The position numbers and the translations under genes were made by a program. A stretch of 64,000 bases of DNA from Felis catus (taxonomy: Eukaryota). Below are positions 11,322-22,403 of this stretch, piece by piece. The notes beneath the pieces are model-generated. The model had not been told where the DNA came from and did not search any database. It was given only the letters and a program-made list of their open reading frames with translations. The DNA lies in NCBI RefSeq assembly GCF_018350175.1, contig NC_058373.1, forward strand, positions 137,020,001 to 137,084,000. Direction: 5' to 3'. Each line of letters begins with the position of its first letter. Positions within the stretch are counted from its first letter, which is position 1.

Positions 11322-13274
11322 ACCTCAGTCTTTCAGAGGAGGAGGTCCAAGGACAAGACCAAGGCCGGGGTCCGCTGTGCAGGAGGGCGGGGGCCAGGGA
11401 GCACGGGTGGGGGGACCATGGGCCATCCTTTGGAAATCTGGTTGAGCAGGCTACCATGGGGAAAAGCTGAAAGGGCATGCGCTTTCTCCAGTAAGATAAT
11501 TAAGTGGGTGGCATGGAGTCTGCAGGGCAAGGCCAAGGACGCTGGCTCTGGCTGGGGTTTAGAAGGAACCAGGTAAGAGAAGGAGCCTGAAGCACGTTAG
11601 AGAAGCGTGTTAGAGAACACGGAAGGGGACCCTCCAAGGGGACTTGTCCCTGCCGCCTGTAGGTGGGAGAGACACAGGTGAAGACCATCAGGGCTACAGG
11701 GTCCTTTCCAAGCCTGGGAAGTGGGGGAGAGGGGAAAGTAACCCCCGAGCAGCCCCCCCCACCCATGCATGATGCACCATGACGCATCATCAAAGCGGGC
11801 CTACGAGACGCTGAGAGCGTTTGAAGGGCGTGATTCCAGCCTCCCCACTGGCCGTGCCCGCCTGCAAATCCTGACCCTGGCAAGTCGGAGCTGAACCTGT
11901 CTGTGCCTCAGTTTTCCCTTCTGCCGAGGGGAGATAACAATCCTGGCCCAGTGGCCCAGCCTCTAGCCAGCGTCAGCTCAGGAGGAGGCGCCGATTCCCC
12001 AGAGAGGCTAGATAGGCTGGACGCGCACCTGAGGGGCCTCGTCTACTCACAGGGCAGCCTCGGGGGCTGGGACACTCAGTCTTAGGGGTCCACAGCCACC
12101 CCCGCTGCAGGAAATAAGGCTGAGAGCCTCCGGAGCGCAGCCGGTGAGTGCCCGATACCATCAAGGGGCCTTGCTGTTCTTTGAAGTGGCCTCGTCCAGC
12201 AAACGGCAGGCACGAGGCCATCTGAAGGGTGGATGATGGGGGCCCCCCGGTCACGCGAGACCAAGAGTTCATTTTGCCTTGATACTCTTCTCACAGAGCT
12301 GTCGAGAGGAAAAAGGGGATTACAACTCTCGTAGAGCCTAGAGCTGTGCCTGATACACGATTGACCTCCAGAAACTTCAGCCACCCGACGTCACCGGGCT
12401 TATTACTGCCAAGGTCCCAGCCCTTGGAATCTTCACCTTGGGAGCTGAATCATGTCCTTGGAACCCCAAAGTCCATTTGTCTAGGCACAGAAAGAAGATA
12501 AAGAGGCACCTATCAAGCGCCCAGGCCCCGGGGAATCATGGGAAAGAACGAGATGGGGCTGCCCGGAGGTAGTTAGCGTCTTGCAGAGTATCAAGACGCA
12601 AGGGGCCTTAGTGCTCCCATTTTATTGATGAGAAAAGTGAGGCTCACAGAGAGGCGGTGACTTCCCCAGCTCCCAGGGAGCACGTTCGTTCAGAGTAGAG
12701 CTGCGGCAAGATCCCGGGCCACCTGACTCCCAGGCCAAGGTCCTCCGTAACGAAATGTGCAGATATCTGTAATTCGTCCCTCTTACTTTCCTGCCAGCAA
12801 ATGAAGAGACAGGGGAAGCCAGCCCCCACAGACCGCTATTTTCAGAATCGGCAGTCGGATGTTTGATATCAGGCAAGAGCCGTTGCCACGGCCGAAGACG
12901 CGGCACGCCATCAGCCATAGGAGAAACTTTGAGCGAGTTAGGTCTCACTGTCCCCATTTTGCAGGGACGGGCACTGAGGCCCACTCAGATGGAGGTGCCA
13001 TCGAGAGCCCTGTGCATGGCTCCGTGCTACTTAGAAGGCTCCAGAATTCTGTGTGCTTTTCACCCTGCCTTGGACATTTTTATCCTAGCATTTTAATGCC
13101 GAAAGTCACCTCAGAGCTCTAGGACTCAGGACATATTTCGAGACTAGTGATGATGGTCCACCAAAGACATCACTGTTTATTTATACATATTCCTCACTCC
13201 CGCCGGGGCCTGAGGGCGGCACCTGATTTCTCGGCCTGTGCTGCACCTGATTTCTGAGTGAGGCACCTGATTTC

Positions 13275-14142
13275 TTTTTCTTTTTCTTTTTTTTTTTAGT
13301 ATTAGTTACTTTCTTTCCACCCCCCTTATTTACTTTTTATTATTTTATTGTTTTATTTTATTGTAACTAGTGAATATTTAAAAAAATTTTTTAAATATGA
13401 TTTACCATCAAGTTAGCTAACATATAATGTATACAGTGTGCTCTTGGTTTCGGGGGAAGATTCCAGTGATTCATACAACACCCTAGTGCCCATCGCAACA
13501 AGTGCCTTGCTCAATGCCTTTCACCCATTTTCACCTCTCCCCTGCCCCCCATCAACCCTCAGTTTGTTCTCTGTATTTAAGAGTCTCTTTTGGGTTTGCC
13601 TCCCTCCCTGTTTGAAACTATGTTTTCTCCTCCTCCTCCCCCATGGTCTTCTAAGTTTCTCGAGTTCCACATATGAGTGAAAACAGATGANNNNNNNNNN
13701 NNNNNNNNNNNNNNNNNNNNNNNNNNNNNNNNNNNNNNNNNNNNNNNNNNNNNNNNNNNNNNNNNNNNNNNNNNNNNNNNNNNNNNNNNNNNNNNNNNNN
13801 NNNNNNNNNNNNNNNNNNNNNNNNNNNNNNNNNNNNNNNNNNNNNNNNNNNNNNNNNNNNNNNNNNNNNNNNNNNNNNNNNNNTGAAAGTGCTGCTATAA
13901 ACATTGGGGTACAAGTGCCCCTATGCATCAGCACTCCTGTATCCCTTGGGTGAATTCCTAGCAGTGCTACTGCTGGGTCATAGGGTAGATCTATTTTTAA
14001 TTTTTTGAGGAACCTCCACACTGTTTCCCAGAGTGGCTGCACCAGTCTGCATTCCTACCAACAGCGCAAGAGGGTTCCCGTTTCTCCACATCCTCTCCAG
14101 CATCTATAGTCTCCTGATTTGCTCATTTTAGCCACTCTGACA
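13275..14142 (-). mobile_element. 5'-truncated carnivore L1
   Basis: [23 protein letters not shown] motif; long T-rich tail; TSD ggcacctgat at 13262 and 14143. Confidence 0.92.
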
Positions 14143-14322
14143 GGCACCTGATATCGAGGTCTTCTGACCTGCTGGACCTCCATTTCCTCCTCTATAAATT
14201 AGGGATAATGATTCTTAACCTGCGCCCTTCAGGGACTGGTTCCAGAGGTCAGACTAGAGAGCAAATACATTTATTTTATTTTATTTTATTTTGTTTTATT
14301 ATTTTAAAAATGTTTATTATTT

Positions 14323-14957
14323 TGGGGCGCCTGGGTGGCTCTGTTCGTTAAGTGTCCCACTCTTGAATTTGGCTCAGGTCATGATCCCACAGTTCATGGG
14401 CTCAAGCCCTGTGTCAGGCTGTGTGTTGACATTGGGAGCCTGCTTGGGATTCTCTCTCTCCCTCTCTCTCTGCCCCTCCTCTGCTTTCTCTCTCAAAAAT
14501 AAATAAATATTTTAAAAAACGTCTATTATCAGGGGGCCTGGGTGGCTCAATCGGTTAAGAGTCCGACTTCAGGTCATGATCTCGCTGTTCGTGGGTTTGA
14601 GCCCCGCGTCGGGCTCTGGGCTGACAGCTCGGAGCCTGGAGCCTGCTTTGAGTTCAGTGTCTCCCTCTCTCTGCCCCTCCTGCTTGTGTTTCTCTGTCTC
14701 TCAAAAATAAATAAACATAAACAAATTTTTTTTAAATGTCTATTATTTTGAGAGAGAGAGAGAGAGAGAGAGTGTGAGTGCACAGGAGCGGAGGAGGGGC
14801 AGAGGGAGAGAGAGAGAGAGAATCCCGAGTAGGCTCCTGGCTCATCTCAGAGCCCGACTCGGGGCTCCTCCCGGAGCTCCGTCTGACAAGTGTGAGATCA
14901 CGACCTGAGCAGAAATCGAGAGTCGACGCTTAACCGGCTGAGCCACCCAGGTGCCCC
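14323..14957. mobile_element. Cluster of three CanSINEs (+14323-14520, +14531-14722, -14725-14957)
   Basis: Three SINE heads and tails; the last two are tail-to-tail. Confidence 0.9.
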
Positions 14958-15746
14958 GACAGTGGATACGTCTTCAAGAACAGGCCAAGCGGAGGCTTAT
15001 GTCTGATCCGCACGATTGGTGCCTCGCTCCCATCCTTAAAGACGAGGTTGCCTTGCTGTTTCTCCCACCCGCGAGCGGGCCCGTGGTTCTCACGGGCCGA
15101 TGAATCCCCCGCCTGGGGACCCGCAGCTAATTCGAATCGGGTTTGGGCCACCAGAGCCCAGACTAATGTGACGACAGGCCATTCTGTGAAGTGGGAGGAT
15201 GGTGTGTCTTAGGTGAGTGCCCTTAGCTCCCTCCCTTCCTGCTCTTTTCCTGGACTCCAGAGTTCCAACGGGCCTTTGCACCTGTCCCCTGACCTCCTCA
15301 ATACTGGGGGGCGGGGGGGGGCACGCAGTGCCACGCAGGTGGCTTGCCGTCGGTTGTCAAGAGGGCTGGGAGAGCTCCAACCAATCCGCTGCTCTTCCTC
15401 TGGGCTGGACGGTGTCTTCTCACGCAGGCGTCTCAGGCGTGTGGCTGCAGGCCCCAGCATTTCCCACGCCTCAGGCAGCAGTTCACCTTGTGGGTGTCTG
15501 GGGGAGGGAGTGTGGGTGAGGTGCTGAGGTTTGCAAGAACAAGTAGAGTTCCTGAAGCCAGCTCTGCCACTGACTGGCTCCGTGACCCTGAGCAAGACAG
15601 CCAGCGTCTCTGAGCCTCAGTTTCCTCCTCTGGAGAACGGGCGTATGAGAACAGAGCAGCTCCACCAGCGGCTGCCACGAGGATTATATAGGAAAATGCT
15701 TGACTGGCCCCTCAAGGGGTGCCGGGCTGATAGAAAGAGCTCATGT

Positions 15747-16038
15747 GGGGCCCCCGGGTGGCTCGGTCGCTTAAGCGTCCGACTTCAGCTCAGGTCACGA
15801 TCTCACGGTCCGTGAGTTCGAGCCCGGTGTCGGGCTCTGGGCTGACGGCTCAGAGCCTGGAGCCTGCTTCCCATTCTGTGTCTCCCTCTCTCTCTGCCCC
15901 TCCCTGTTCATGCTCTGTCTCTCTCTGTCTCAGAAATAAATAAACATTAAAAAAAATTAAAAAAATAAATAAAGAAAGAGCTCATGAATGTCACAAATGT
16001 AGTCCCTTACATCAGCACCCGGATCGGCTCTCCTGTAT

Positions 16039-16069
<31 letters not shown>

Positions 16070-16225
16070 TTATTTATTTATTCATTTGAGAGAGAGAGAG
16101 TACGTGAGCAGAGGAGAGGGGCAGTGCAGAGCCCGAAATGGGGCTCAATCCCACGACCCTGGGATCATGACCTGAGTCGAAATCAACCATCGGATGCTCA
16201 ACCAACTGAGCCGCCCAGGCGCCCC
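15747..16225. mobile_element. Two CanSINEs (+15747-15975 with TSD aaagagctcatg; -16036-16225)
   Basis: SINE heads and tails; (TTTA)n tail on the second. Confidence 0.9.
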
Positions 16226-17769
16226 CTCAGCTCCCCTTTCAAAGCCTGTTTTGAGTACCTGGTCTGAAGTGCACACCAACTCAGAAATCGGTGGTACAAC
16301 CACGGTGAGGCTGCTGAGACCCAGAGAGGTTCGGTGACTGCTCTGACGTCACACAGCTGGGACGCTGCAGAGTTTGAACTTAACCTCACTCTGGCATCGC
16401 TCCGGGTGTTGGACAACGGTTGTATCACGGATGGAATCTGGGGAGGTTGGAGGTCTCCGGGATGAGAAAAATCAGACTGGTATCAGACTTTATCTGGGAG
16501 ACAGGAGGATCGTGATTCTGTTGAGCCACGTGGGATTGCACCTACGTGGCCATTTTGACCTAAAAGAGGTACATTTCCTATGACAACGTAGTTGTTTAGA
16601 TACACGTGCGCCCCAGCGAGTGGCTCAGGGGGGCATCACTAGATTTGTACGGGGTGGGGCAGACCGGCCACAGGACCAGCACGTTCCCGCGAGCCCAGGG
16701 CGCTGGCTCCCTCAGGCTGGGGGTCTGGCAGGACTTTCCGACTGCTGTAGCCCTCCAGTGAGGCTCAGCGAGGCAAGAAAGAGCCACATGGCCCTTCGTG
16801 AAAAGGGCTGCTCCCGACGAGGCCACAGCTGTGGTATAGGAGTTGTGGTTTCCCTCAGAACACTGCATGGAGGGCTGTGGGGCAGGCATAAGACAAGATG
16901 GAAAGTGTCCCCTGTCACAGCTTAGCCGAGGGAGGGCAGGTAAGGCTCGTGGGCTTGATGACCTACTTCCTTTGCCATGACCAAGGAACCACTGTGATGA
17001 CTTTCCAGAGCCGTTCACAACTTGGCCACATGATTAGGTAGAAGAGGACACAGGTTAAGTGTCTTGCGGGGGGGCGGGGGGGTGCTGGCAGCCCGGGACT
17101 AGTCTGAGCAGGTGACACAGACCAAGACCCAGAGGCCCATGTGGGGAGCAGAGCAGGTAGAAATCCCACCTGCTTCTAGGAGTAATGTTTTCTCCAGGAG
17201 CAGAGAAGGAAGAACGAGGGCCGAAGCGCGTGTTCCCAGTCCGACCCCGCTGAAAAAGTTGCCAGGAAAGATCGGCCATAGATGTTTGCAGGAAAGAGCT
17301 CCGACTGGTAGGAGCCCAAGCCTGGCTCAGGTGGGAGGGCGGGATGAGGGAAAGGAACCAAGTATTCTCCCTCTGCAGCTGGAGATGCGGCAGCTCAGTG
17401 CCCCTGTGTGAGTGGAAGGTTCTGGAAGCAACAGGGAGGCAGCCTTGAGGTTGAGGGGCAGCAGGGGGAGCGGCTGTCGTGGGGGGCGCTGTGAGCACCA
17501 GCGGGGCAGGGGGAGCCCAGTGGGAGCTGGGGGCTGGGGGCTGGAATCTGAGCCCTTGCGATGCCCCCTCGGGGACTCCCAGATAAGACTGAAAGCCTAG
17601 AGCTTTTCCAGAGTGACCGGGGCAAACATTTCACCCCGGCCCAGCACCGCTCCCAGACAGTGGGAAGGCCTGATAGAGAGTAAACGGTGGACACCAAAGG
17701 TCGCTGTGACCCACATTCCACACACTGCCGGGGGATGGAAGGGGAGACTCAGGTGAAGGATGAAGGATG

Positions 17770-17803
17770 TCACACACAAGCTTGGGCCGGATCATTCTTT
17801 AAT
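17770..17803 (-). terminator. SERPINA1: SERPINA1 polyadenylation signal ATTAAA (17798-17803) with GU-rich downstream element
   Basis: Minus strand reads GACATTAAAGAATG...TTGTGTGTG. The same GACATTAAAGAATG context occurs in the paralog 3' end (about 6050-6064) and, from recall, in human SERPINA1. Confidence 0.8.
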
Positions 17804-18035
17804 GTCTGTCGTCTGGGGAGGGGGCTGAATTCAGAAAGCCAGGTATTGTGTTGGTGGGGTTCACCACCTTTCCCATGAAGAGGATGTTCTTGGTGTTTCT
17901 GTCGTAGAGGATGATCACAAAGGGCTTGTTGAACTGGATAGTTGGGGGCATCGACATGGGGATGGCTTCCATAACTGTGGTCCCAGCGGCTTCTGTCCCT
18001 TTCTCGTCGATGGTCAGCACGGCCTTATGCAGCGC
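17799..18035 (-). CDS. SERPINA1: Alpha-1-antitrypsin exon V with reactive centre loop ([17 protein letters not shown]|SMPP) and extended C-terminus (...[22 protein letters not shown])
   Basis: Acceptor TGTAG|GCG. Hinge GTEAAG, P1-P1' Met-Ser, serpin signature FNKPF...LFMGKVVNP. Stop TAA at 17799-17801. Total CDS 655+271+148+237=1311 nt, 436 aa. Confidence 0.95.
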   Translation of the reverse strand, partial: ALHKAVLTIDEKGTEAAGTTVMEAIPMSMPPTIQFNKPFVIILYDRNTKNILFMGKVVNPTNTIPGFLNSAPSPDDRH

Positions 18036-18663
18036 CTACAGGGCGAGAGCACGGCGGCCCGTCCTGAGTGGGGATGGGCTGCCGTCCCCAACCCAGCCCT
18101 GGGAGCGAGGCCCAAGGAGGGGGGTGTTGCCCAGGGAGGGACTTATGTGGGCCTTTCTCCACCTGGCCTGTCCTTCCCCATCCATGGCCTCCCTCCCTGA
18201 TGTCAAGCACCCTGGGGCCCAGGACTCTGATGGGGACCTTCGCTGCATCTGGTCCACACCAGGCACTCAGCTCCCAGCCAGCCTTCCAGCTGCGCTTGTG
18301 GCTTTAGTCACCTTTAATTTTCTGAATAAATGGTATCTTTAGGCAGAATCCCTCATTCACCTAGACTCAGTGATTGGCCAATGGCTCCCAGTGTCACAGA
18401 CGCAGGGGCAAAAGTCCTCTGAAATCCCTGAGCCCCAGCCTGTCTTTGTAACTATGGGTCCATCGAGGCCCAAAGAAGGGAAGGCCCTGGCCAAAAATGA
18501 CCCAGAGTGTCAGTGCCACAAGTGCCTCCTCCATTGTCACCTGCCCACATTACAGTCTCCGCGGATCCAGGGCGCTCGTCAGGAACCTCAGTCTGCAGAG
18601 GTGTTTGTGTCCCTTTGTTCCCCACACGTACCAGTGGCCAGTGGCCACCGGGGACACACTCAC

Positions 18664-18811
18664 CTTGGACAGCTTCAGGGGACCTTGCTCAGTGATCCCT
18701 GAGAGGTCCGCCTCGTTGCTGAAGACCTTGGTGATGCCCATTTTTCTCAGGACGGTTTGCAGATCGTAGGTTCCAGAAATGGACAGTTTGGGCAAATGTA
18801 AATTGGCAGAC
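18664..18811 (-). CDS. SERPINA1: Alpha-1-antitrypsin exon IV ([49 protein letters not shown])
   Basis: Acceptor CACAG|G and donor AAG|GTGAGT. 148 nt, the canonical length; frame is continuous with exons III and V. Confidence 0.97.
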
Positions 18812-20100
18812 CTGTGACGACGGTTCGGAAACAAAGGCGTTTCACAGCATTGAGCGTTTCATTTCTGGTTGTGTCTCCCTGTCAGTGGCCCTCGCCCTGC
18901 CCCCACAGGAGCGCTGGAGGTGTGCACGGGTTATTCCATTTCTAGCTCCTCCACGCCCCCCCCCCCCCCTGCACTGGGGTCAGAGGATGTAGAATCACAG
19001 GGATGGCTTGTCCGGCAAAGTGTCAGATGCCCCCTCCTGCCTCCTCCGAGCAGCCCTCCAGGAAGTCCCCTGGGGAGCGCTTAGCGCACTGCCCTGCAGG
19101 GTCAGGTGTCCCCCAGACCGTGGACCTCCCCAGAGCCCGAATCCCAGGGGAACGTGGGGTGAGCGTGGAGGGACATCTGCTCGGCGAGTCATGCGTGAGC
19201 CCAAGGGCCGAATGCCCCGCTCTGCTTTTCTGTGGGGCCAGCGTGTGGCCCCGAGCAGGGTCTCGAGCTGACTGGCACTGAGGCTCCGCTCGACCCGATC
19301 CGGATTCGGCACCGCCTTGTTCTTCTTTCAGCCTCTGGCGCAGGCAGCCCAGGAACGGGGGGTGGGGGTGGGGCGAGGAGGTATTAAAACTATTTTAGTT
19401 GTATCCTTATGCTCTTTCGTGTCTTTATATTCACTTAAGCACGGATATGCTTATTATGTATTCTTCTGGGTGTCAGTTTCATGCACGAATTGTACTTGAT
19501 TATTTATATACGTTCCCATTGCTACATTTATACGTGCGTGTATCTTGTCATCGTGTGGAGGGTAAAATGGGTCACGAGGGCTTGGGCGTTTTATGCACTA
19601 ATTTGGGGTGCACGCTCATGCATTACCTCACTACGGGGACCCAATCAGTCCACACCGGTCTGGTGACAGAGGAGCCCAAACCTTGCTCCAAGATGCGCCC
19701 GAGGGTCCCTCCCCGGGGCCTCTGCCTTCCCGGCCGACCCCAGGCAGGCTGTCCCCGTCCGGCCCCGGGCGGTGTATGCTCTGACTCCACATCCGCTGCC
19801 CCCCTCGCCAGAAGCCCACCTCTCCCTTCGTGGTCCTCCCAGGGCGCGTGCTGGCACCGGGAAGGGACGGTGTCCCCGGTGGGGAAGCGCGTCCCTGAGG
19901 ACAGGACTCTGGCCTCCTCACCGCGGGCACCGTCCTGTCACGGAGCCAGCCCGGCCGGTGCGGTCTGAACGATGCCAGCCTGGGTCTGGGACACCAGGTC
20001 CTGCCCCGCTGTGGGGCGCACGGGGCGCGGGGCCGCCCTCCCTCCCTGGGGCCCGGCGGGACGCGGCGGCTCCCGGGTTGGTCTCTGGTTTGGGAATCAC

Positions 20101-20371
20101 CTGGAATGTCTCTTTTCCAGGGCCTTGGCCAGGATGTCCCTGTTCAGCATTTCCTCCAGCCGCTGCATTTTGCCCTGGTCGGGCAGGACGAAGAAGGCGG
20201 TGGCGTTGCCCACGTAGTCCATGAGCAACGACCAGCTGGAGAGCATGTCGCAGTAGTGGACGTCGAACATGCCCAGGCGGCTCATCATGGGCACCCTGAC
20301 CGTGGTGTCCTCGTCCACGTGGAAGTCCTCCTCTGTGGTATGCTCGGGCTCGAAGGGCTTCTCCCATTTGC
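20101..20371 (-). CDS. SERPINA1: Alpha-1-antitrypsin exon III ([30 protein letters not shown]...ALEKRHSR)
   Basis: Acceptor CTCCAG|GC and donor CCAG|GTGATT. 271 nt, the canonical AAT exon III length. Retains the Cys232 equivalent and the NAT sequon. Confidence 0.97.
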
Positions 20372-21748
20372 CTGGAGGGAAGGGAAGGTGGGCTTCAGCC
20401 AGCGGCGGGGGAAGGTTTGGACAACAGGGGGGGATAAAAAAGCCCCGAGTCTCCTTGGTGAGACAACTTCTCTCCGAGCCTCAGTGTCACCACCTGTAAA
20501 ATGGGGCTGCCATGAACAGTCTACCGAAAGGACGTTAGAGAGAAGAATGCAAGCCCGGAGGAGGATCCAGAAGGTCTATGTTATCGAGGCTAAGGCCTGC
20601 CAGTCTGGATGTGCAAAGCGAGCATTTTTACTTGTATTTCTTGCTCACGTATTTGAGGGTGGCTTGGGAGATGCTAAATGAAAACTACTGACATCAGTCA
20701 CACTCGGCACGTCCCTGTGGGAGTCTCCCTGCCCCTTGTTAACGGGCGGCTCTTATTCAGGAAATCGCTCTCGCCCCCACCCCAAGCCTTTCCCTGGACC
20801 GCTGGGCAGAATGGCGAGGCCCGGGTAGCTCCCCTCCACTGCACCGAGACAGCAGCACTGTCCGGACAAGGCCCAGAGGGAGGGCGCCCCGGGAACCCCT
20901 GTGCCCAACTTCCCCATTGCACAGGGGTGGAGACTGAGGCCGGAGAAGGGCCAGACCCACCAGAAGTCACACAGCAGAGCTGGGACCTAACATCTGCCCG
21001 CTCTGGCCCCGTGCTCTCCATCACACTCTTGCCTCCAGAGCCAGGAGCCCGCAGGGGGGGAGGAGGCATCCCTGGCCTTGCTCTTACCTCCCTGCCCCAG
21101 GCCATTTCCACTGCCTTGGAGTGCCCTCTGGGGCCTGCAGGCCCCCTCCACCGCCCCCCTCCACGTTGCCATCCCTCAGGGAGGAGGCCAGGCTGAGGTT
21201 CAAGTTCAGCTGAGCACCTGCTGCGCGAGCATGCAGCCCCATGTTCTTTGTAACTTGTTCAGTCCTCACAGAAACCCGCCAACAAGGGCATGATTACGTG
21301 TCCGTTACAGAGAAGAAACCAGAGCCTCAAAGAGGTTAGAGTCAAATAGCTTAGAGTCAAATAGCTAATAAGCGGTAGAGGAAAGGTTTGCACCCTGGTG
21401 TTTCTGTCTCCAGAGCCGTCCCTCCCTCCACCGCACTGGAGTTGTCGGAAGTGTGTTCCCAGAACGCCCCTTCCCTTCATACGCTCTGCTGAGCCTGCCT
21501 GTTTCACCGCCCTCCCTGCTGGGGATTGACAACGTACACTAGGACGTTAAAGGCTCTGAAAAGTCCTGCAGAGAAGAGGACGATTTGACTGTCCCACCCA
21601 TCGTCCCCTGACCTTAGTTGAATAACACATGCAGAGGTGCACTGATTTAGTCTCCCTGCCCTGCCACGGCCAGTTTAAGAACTGTGTGTTTGAGACTATT
21701 TTTGGACGTTCTCGTGGGAGTCAGCTCAGGTGGCTGTTACAACCTTAC

Positions 21749-22403
21749 CTTTAAAGAAAATGTAATTCACCAGAGCAAAAACCGTGTCTTTGTCAAGATC
21801 TTGGACCAAATCCACAATTTTTCCTTGGGTTCCCTTCTCTACGTAATCGTTGATCCGTTTCTTGGCCTCTTGGCTGTCTCCGAAGTTGATGGAGAAGGCT
21901 TCCGAGTGGTACAGGTTCTTGACGTCCTCCAGAAACTTGTTCAGAAGCTTCATGCTCTCGTTGATGAACAGGCCGCTGCCGGTGGTCAGCTGCAGCTGGC
22001 TGTCTGGCCGGTTGAGGGTGTGGAGAAGCTGCTGGAAGCCCTCGTGGACTTCACCCTCTGCTCTCTCGGTGAGGTTGAAACCGAGGCCCTCCAGGATCTG
22101 GGTGTGAGTGTCACCCTTGCTCCCCAGAGACAGCATCGCGAGGGCCGTAGCGATGCTCACGGGGGAGAAGAAGATGTTGGTGTGGTTGGACTCATGGGCC
22201 ACCTGGCGGTACATGCTGAAGGCGAAGTCGGCCAGGTTCGGGGCGATTTTGTGGCAGGCCGGCGCCTCGTGGTGCTCATGGTCGTGTTGGGATGCAACTG
22301 TCTCCTGGACAGCGGCTCCCTGGAGACCCTCAGCCAGGGAGCAGGGGACCAGGCAGCACAGACCCGCCAGCAGGAGGAGGCCCCACGTGATGGAGGATGG
22401 CAT
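21749..22403 (-). CDS. SERPINA1: Alpha-1-antitrypsin, first coding exon (exon II); signal peptide [24 protein letters not shown] to ...LVNYIFFKG
   Basis: The ORF translates to the AAT N-terminus ([40 protein letters not shown]). Acceptor CAG|GACGATG at 22408-22410; donor AAAG|GTAAGG at 21747-21748. 655 nt, phase 1. Confidence 0.97.

Noticed and set aside
16480-16600. Possible SERPINA1 3' enhancer ~1.2 kb past the stop codon
   Set aside because: The position fits, but I cannot identify convincing Oct-1 or C/EBP sites or homology from the sequence.
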